Source of the DNA: the human T2T-CHM13v2.0 reference genome, Homo sapiens
Direction: 5' to 3' (one strand)
Length of the DNA stretch: 64,000 nt
NCBI RefSeq assembly: GCF_009914755.1
Contig: NC_060932.1
Shown here: piece after piece, positions 57,952 through 64,000 of the stretch
Numbering within the stretch: the first letter of the stretch is position 1
Layout of the letters: each line of letters begins with the position of its first letter
Position numbers and translations under genes: made by a program
Notes under the pieces: generated by a model
Database searches by the model: none
Told to the model about the DNA's origin: nothing
What the model saw: the letters and a program-made list of their open reading frames with translations, nothing else

Positions 57952-58943
57952 GTGAGTACCTGGGTTCTTCTTCTCCTTTATTTGGTATTGTAGATCCATG
58001 TTTCTTACACTGTGAGGGATATTCATGTCTACATTGGGAAAACAGGAAATGTTATTTCCGGTTTGCTGAAATTAATTGCATGACATACCAATGAGAAGTC
58101 TTTTTTTTTTTTTTTCCAGCCTTTTAGATTTAGGGGGTACATGTGGAGTTTGTTACCTGATGTATTGCTGAAGTCTATTTTTTAATTAAATGATTCCAGA
58201 GAGCTTTAAGAAGGCAATACTTATGTAGGCACAAGTATGTAACTACACTCTTCTGTAAACCAGTTATAGACTGAAAGTATAAGAACATGGCAAAGTTTAT
58301 TATCTGAATTAGAAATTAAGAGGGAGTTTCTGCTAGGTTCAGTGTGGATTGGATTACACTGAAGGACTGCATAAGAAGTTTCTTCACAAACCTCTTTTTG
58401 AGAAAGTGCTGCATTGTCACTGTAGGTAGAAGAGATCCTGATATATTTCTATTAACAAACCCTGTTTTATAGAGATAAAGGTGGGAGGCAAGACAGAGAA
58501 GAGGAGAGAGAATGGTTAACATTTGTTAAGCTCTTTTTATGTACAGGCACTATTGTAGCCATTTAAAACGTATCCACTCACTTACTACTCATCAGTGAAA
58601 TGAGGTGCACATACTTTATCTCCATTTGCAGATGAGGAAACTGAGGTCACACATCCAAATTGCTGACTGGGATTCAAAGTCAGGAAGTCAAAGCCTGTGA
58701 TCTGAGAACCCTTTCCTGTCCCAGAGCTAAAAAATAATTATAATAGAAGATCCCATGGTGGTTGGGCATCAGAAATATAGATTTCTAATGCAGATTCGTT
58801 GTAATGCCAACGAGGTTCCTTCCTAATTTAGAAGGCAGGAGTCCTAAGCAGAGAGCTGAATGTAACTGTAGTTCGTACGTGTGTAGATGTTGAGCCTGAG
58901 TGAAAATTAGATATGAGAGGTGATATCTTTAACAAATACAGGA

Positions 58944-59238
58944 CGGACCTGGTGGCTCATGCCTATAATCTCAGCAATTAGGGAGGATTGCTTGAGACCA
59001 GGAGTTCAAGACCAACCTGGGCAACACGGTGAGACCCTGTCTCTAAAAAAAAATAAATAAATAAATAAAAAATAAAATATTAACTGGGTGTGTTGGTGCG
59101 TGCCTGTAGTCCCAGCTACTCAGGAGGTTGAGGCAGGAGGATCACTTGAGCCCAGGAGTTCAAGGCTGCAGTGAGCTATGATTGTGCCACTGCACTCCAG
59201 CCTGGGCAACAGAGCAAGACCCTGTTTCAAAACAAACA
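58944..59238 (+). mobile_element. AluJ
   Basis: Diverged dimer. Confidence 0.83.
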
Positions 59239-59774
59239 CAGATGAAGATTTCACATGGGGAATATCCGTGGCCCCAAGTGTTCATGCCACTTCCCACCTC
59301 CCTCAGGCTCCTGAAGCACTGACAGAGTAATAAAAACTTCTGTCAACCAGCCTTTCAGCTGAAGTTCTGAGTGGACAAGACAATTTCAATCACATGCTAG
59401 TATAAAGGGAAGCACTCAAGCAGAATTTACAGTTTTTGAACAAATACTAGGCTCAAAAATAGATATGGAAGAGTTAAAATAGTACTTACAAAAAGCCATG
59501 CTTCATAAAAAAAAAATTAGGTATGTAAGGAACGTCATATGTTTGTAAAAGATTTCCTGTAGGAGAGGGAAGTAAATTTAGGATTTGCTTTGGCCAGCAG
59601 TGAAGTTGAGAAAGACGTGAGTTCAGGGAAACAAGAAATGTGTAATGAGCAATGAGATAAGTCATAGATTAAAATAAAAAAGAAGCATTCAGAGGTAAGG
59701 AGGGAATGTTATGAAACAGTGCCATAGTGGAATTTAATATGGTATAGGAAGCAATGAAGAGTGGACCCATACTT

Positions 59775-60000
59775 TATTCACCAACTTGTCAAACATTTAT
59801 TGAGCACTGACCACCTGCCAGACTTTGTTCTCAGCACTTGGAATACCTCAGTGAGTTAGATCGACTCACCCTTCAAGGAGTTTACATCTGGGGGGAAGAC
59901 AATCTATAAACATAAGAAAATCAATAATATAGAGTGTTAGAAGGCGATAAGTGCTATGGGAAATAAAATAGAGCAGAATGTGGAGGATTGGGAGGACGGA
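59775..60000 (-). mobile_element. L2 fragment
   Basis: aaacatttattgagcac..tgccagac..gataagtgctatgg. Confidence 0.55.
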
Positions 60001-60407
60001 GGGTGGTGAAACAACAGAACAGGCTTCAGTATGACAAAACTGGATGTTAATAACAGAAACCTGAGTGAGTTGGTATTTAAAACCACTCCCCTAAAGTCAA
60101 CCCTGTGTCAAGCAGACTTACAGTATACTTAAAATATTTTGAGGAGAATGGTATTTTTGAATATTATATTTAAAACAGTGCATATTGACGTTTAAATATG
60201 AAGATAACATGATTTCAAATTTAAGGTATCCATCATTTTCCCAAGGGAAGAGCCAAAAAAGTGTTGTTGTTGTTTTTTTTTTTTTTTGGTTGACTTGAAT
60301 GTGTATAAACTTGCTAGGGATACAGTAGATAGAAAGGGAGTGAACTGTTCATTACTGGATCTTGGAGAGTCTCTGTAGCCACAGGGGAGACTGACCCCAT
60401 AGGAGTT

Positions 60408-60520
60408 GAGGTAGAGGGACACTGATAACATGAGGATACTGATAACATGAGGTAGAGGGACACTGATAACACTGATAACATGAGGTAGAGGGACACTGAT
60501 AACACTGATAATAGAGAGGG
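60408..60520 (+). repeat. Compound minisatellite (GAGGTAGAGGGAC / ACTGATAAC units)
   Basis: Three GAGGTAGAGGGAC and six ACTGATAA units. Confidence 0.9.
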
Positions 60521-60589
60521 TTCCAGGTGAATTATTCAGCCTTATTCTCCCAGTGACTTCTTATCTCTTGAATAGAAGTGGCCAAAGTG

Positions 60590-61075
60590 AGTACCTATGT
60601 CTTGTCCAGCTTAGTGGGAAAGCTTTTGATTTTTCACTGTGGAGTATGATGTTGTCTGTGGGCTTTTCATATATGGCCTTTATTATATTGAAGTGATTTC
60701 CCTCTTCCTAGTTTGTTGAGATCTTTTGTTGTGAAAGAATGTTGAATTTTATCAAATGCCTTTTTGGCACCTGTTGAGATGATTATGTGACTTTGATCCT
60801 TGATTCTGTTAACGTGGTGTTAATACATTTTTGTGTGTTGAACCGTCCTTGTGTCCCAGGTACAAATCTCATTTGGTCGGAGGGCCTGATGTTTCTGGTG
60901 TGTTGTTGAGTTCTGTTTGCTAGTATTTGTTTTGAGGATTTTTACATTTATGTTGCTAGGGATATTGACTTACAATTTTCTTTTCTGGTTGTCCCTTGTC
61001 TGACTTTGATATTAGGGTGATGCTGGGCTCATAAAATGAGTTTGGAAGTGTTCCTTCCTCTTCAATATTTTGAGA
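60590..61075 (-). mobile_element. Old L1M ORF2 fragment
   Basis: Degenerate reverse-strand L1 ORF2 sequence (tgttgaattttatcaaatgcc, aaaatgagtttggaagtgttcc). Confidence 0.7.
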
Positions 61076-61084
61076 AGACTTTTT

Positions 61085-62589
61085 TTTCTTTTAAGCAGTT
61101 TTAGGTTCACAGAATAATCAAGAGGAAAGTAGAAAGACTCCTCCCATATACTTTCTGTCCCCACACTTGCATAGTCTCTCCATTTCAATATCCCTCAACA
61201 GAGTGGTATGGTTGTTAAAACTGACAAACCTATATTGACACATCATGATTTCTCAAAGTCCATACTTTATGGTTCAGTCTTGGTGTTGTGCATTCTATGG
61301 GTATGAACAAGTGTATGATGACAAGTATCCCTCATTATGGTATCATGCAGAGTATTTCCATTGCCTTAAAAAATCCTCTGTGCTCCACCTAGTCATCTCT
61401 CCCCACCCCTCCAACCCTTGGCAACCACTAATCTTTTTACTGTCTCCATAGTTTCGTGTTTTCCAGAATATCATATATTTAGAATCATGCAGTATGTTGC
61501 CTTTTCATATTGGCTTCTTTCACTTAGCAATATGCATTTAAGGCTCCTCATGTCTTTTCATGTCTTGATAGCTCATTTATTTGTAGTGCTGAATAATAAC
61601 CCATTGTTTGGATGTACCACAGTTTAACCATTTACCTACTGAAGGACATATTGGTTGCTTCTAAGCTTTGGCAATTATGAAAAAAGCTGCCATAAGTGTC
61701 CGTGTGCAGGGTTTTGTGTGATCATGTTTTCAGCTCCTTTGGGTGAATACCAAGGGATGCGATTGCTGGATCATATGTTAAGAGAGTATGTTTAGTTTTG
61801 TAAGAAACTGCCAAATTGTCTTCCAAAGTAGCTATACCATTTTGTATTCCCACCAACAGTGAATGAGAATTGCTGTTGCTCTACATCTTTGTCAGAATTT
61901 GGTGTTGTCAGTGTTCTGGATTTTGGCCATTCCTATAGGCATGTAGTGGTATCTCATTGTTTCAATTTACATTTCCCTGATGACATAGGATGTAGATGAT
62001 CTTTTTCCTTCTTTATGTCTTCTTTGTGGCATCTGTGAAGGTCTTTGGCCCATTGTTTAATCAGATTGTTTCTTTTCTTATTTTTTAGTTTTAAGAGTTG
62101 CTTGCATACTTTGGATAAGAGTCTTTTATCAAATATGTCTTTTGCAAATATTTTCTACTAGTCTGCAGCTTATCTTCTCATTCTTTTAATATTGTCTTTC
62201 ACAGAGCATACATTTAATATTTTAATTCTTTCATGGACGATGCCTTTTGTGTTGTATCTAAAAAATAATTGCCATATCCAAGATGATCTAGGTTTTCTCC
62301 CATGTTATCTCCCAGGAGTTTTAGAGTTTTGAATTTTACACTTAGACCTTTGATCCACATGGAGTTAATTGTGGAGGATGTAAGATCTGTGTCTAGATTT
62401 ATTTATTTATTTTTTGCATATGAATATCTAATTGTAGCAGCACCATTTGTTGAAAAGATTATCTTTTATTGTATTGCCTTTGCTCCTTTGTCAGAGATCA
62501 GTTAGCTGTATTTATGTAGGACTCTTTTTGGGCTCTCTATCTTGTTCTCTTTATCTATCTGTCACCTTTTGCTAATAACACAGTCTTGA
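61085..62589 (-). mobile_element. Old L1MA/L1MB 3' region (resumes at 63950-64000)
   Basis: Reverse-strand L1M 3'UTR/ORF2 end, interrupted by a younger L1PA. Confidence 0.75.
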
Positions 62590-63949
62590 AGCTTGTGCAT
62601 GCGTCACATAGTTCTCGTGCCATGGTTTTCAGCTCCATCAGGCCATTTAAGGTCCTTTCTACCCTGTTTATTCTAGTTAGCCATTTGTCTAATCTTTTTT
62701 CAAAGTTTTTAGCTTCCTTGCGATGGGTTCGAATATCCTCCTTTAGCTTGGAGAAGTTTGTTATTACCAACCTTCTAAAGCCTATTTCTGTCAGCCTGTC
62801 AAAGTCATTCTCTGTCCAGCTTTGTTCCGTTGCTGGCGAGGAGCTGTGATCCTTTGGAGGAGAAGGGGCGCTCTGATTTTTAGAATTTTCAGCTTTTCTG
62901 CTCTGGTTTCTCCCCATCTTTGTGGTTTTATCTACCTTTGGTCTTTGATGCTGATGACCTACAGATGGGGTTTTGGTGTGGATGTCCTTTTTGTTGATGT
63001 TGATGCTATTCCTTTCTGTTTGTTGGTTTTCCTTCTGACAGTCAGGTCCCTCAGCTGCAGATCTGTTGGAGTTTGCTGGAGGTCCACTCCAGACCCTTTT
63101 TGCCTGGGTATTACCAGTGGAGGCTGCAGAACAGCAAATATTGCAGAACAGCAAATATTGCTGCCTGATCCTTCCTCTGGAAGCCTCATCCCAGAGGGGC
63201 ACCCGCCTGTGTGAGGTGTCATTGGCCCCTACTGGGAAGTGTCTCCCAGTTAGGCTACATGGGTGTCAGGGACCCACTTGAGGAGGCAGTCTGTCTGTTC
63301 TCAGAGCTCAAACACTGTGCTAGGAGAACCACTGCTCTCTTCAGAGCTGTCAGACAGGGACGTTTAAATCTGCAGAAGATTCTCTTGCCTTTTGTTTAGC
63401 TATGCCCTGCCCCAAGAGGTGGGATCTACAGAGGCAGCAGGCCTTGCAGAGCTGTGGTGGGCTCCGCCCAGTTGAGCTTCCCTGGCTGCTTTGTTTACCT
63501 ACTCAAGCCTCAGCAATGGCAGACGCCCCTCCCCCTGCCAGGCTGCTGCCTCACAGGTCAATCTGCCTGCTGCCCTAGCAGTGAGCAAAGCTCTGTGGGC
63601 GTAGGACCCGCCGAGCCAGGCGTGGGATGTAATCTCCTGGTGTGCTGTTTGCTAAGACCATTGGAAAAGCACAGTATTTGGGTGGGGTTGTCCCAATTTT
63701 CCAGGTACAGTCTGTCACGGCTTCCCTTGGCTAGGAGAGGGAAATCCCCTGACCTCTTGTGCTTCCTGGGTGAGGCGATGCCCCGCCCTGCTTTGGCTCA
63801 CCCTCTGTGGACTACACCCACTGTCCAACCAGTCCCAATGAGATGAACCAGGTACCTCAGTTGGAAATGCAGAAATCACCATCTTCTGCGTCTGTTACAC
63901 TGGGAGCTGCAGACCGGAGCTGTTCCTATTCGGCCATCTTGGAATGGCC
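62590..63949 (-). mobile_element. L1PA(7/8-like) complete 5'UTR plus partial ORF1, no 3' end
   Basis: 5' end ggccattccAAGATGGCcgaataggaacagc (YY1 site). ORF1 ATG at 62917 (MGRNQSRKAENSKNQS...), truncated after about 109 codons. Confidence 0.9.
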
Positions 63950-64000
63950 ACACGGTCTTGATTACTGCAGCTTTAGAGTAAGTCTTGAAGTCAGGTAGCA

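Noticed and set aside
60408-60520. CRISPR-like periodicity
   Set aside because: No unique spacers; it is a compound minisatellite, kept as a GATA finding.
63126-63159. 17-bp tandem repeat GCAGAACAGCAAATATT
   Set aside because: As I recall this is a feature of older L1PA 5'UTR consensus, not locus-specific.
63516-63578. L1 ORF0 homologue (MADAPPPARL...)
   Set aside because: Frameshifted; it stops after 20 codons, before the splice donors.

Overview
This is primate genomic DNA, almost certainly human, matching the PLEKHA2-HTRA4-TM2D2-ADAM9 cluster (8p11). It is not microbial: no CRISPR, rRNA operon or tRNA was found. I rebuilt the exons by hand from GT-AG junctions and reading-frame continuity. 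The window holds the last exon and ~4.1 kb 3'UTR of PLEKHA2 (+), all of HTRA4 (+, 9 exons, 1431 nt = 476 aa), all of TM2D2 (-, 4 exons, 645 nt = 214 aa) and ADAM9 exons 1-11 (+, c.1-1130, through the zinc motif). TM2D2 and ADAM9 share a CpG-island bidirectional promoter. Introns are rich in Alu, L1, L2, LTR and DNA-transposon relics. Repeat subfamily names come from memory of consensus sequences and need a RepeatMasker check. Main non-gene observations: (1) an antisense SNORD38-family retrocopy in ADAM9 intron 6 with a perfect 39-bp inverted copy about 560 bp away; (2) a tailless L1 made only of its 5' end and flanked by a target-site duplication; (3) an old 12S rRNA NUMT; (4) a poly(A)-tailed LTR retrocopy; (5) several short local templated duplications; (6) a MER41 LTR with GAS and CArG motifs; (7) a 6x GATA minisatellite; (8) an in-frame uORF upstream of ADAM9. 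None of these is shown by the sequence alone to be a new biological system.
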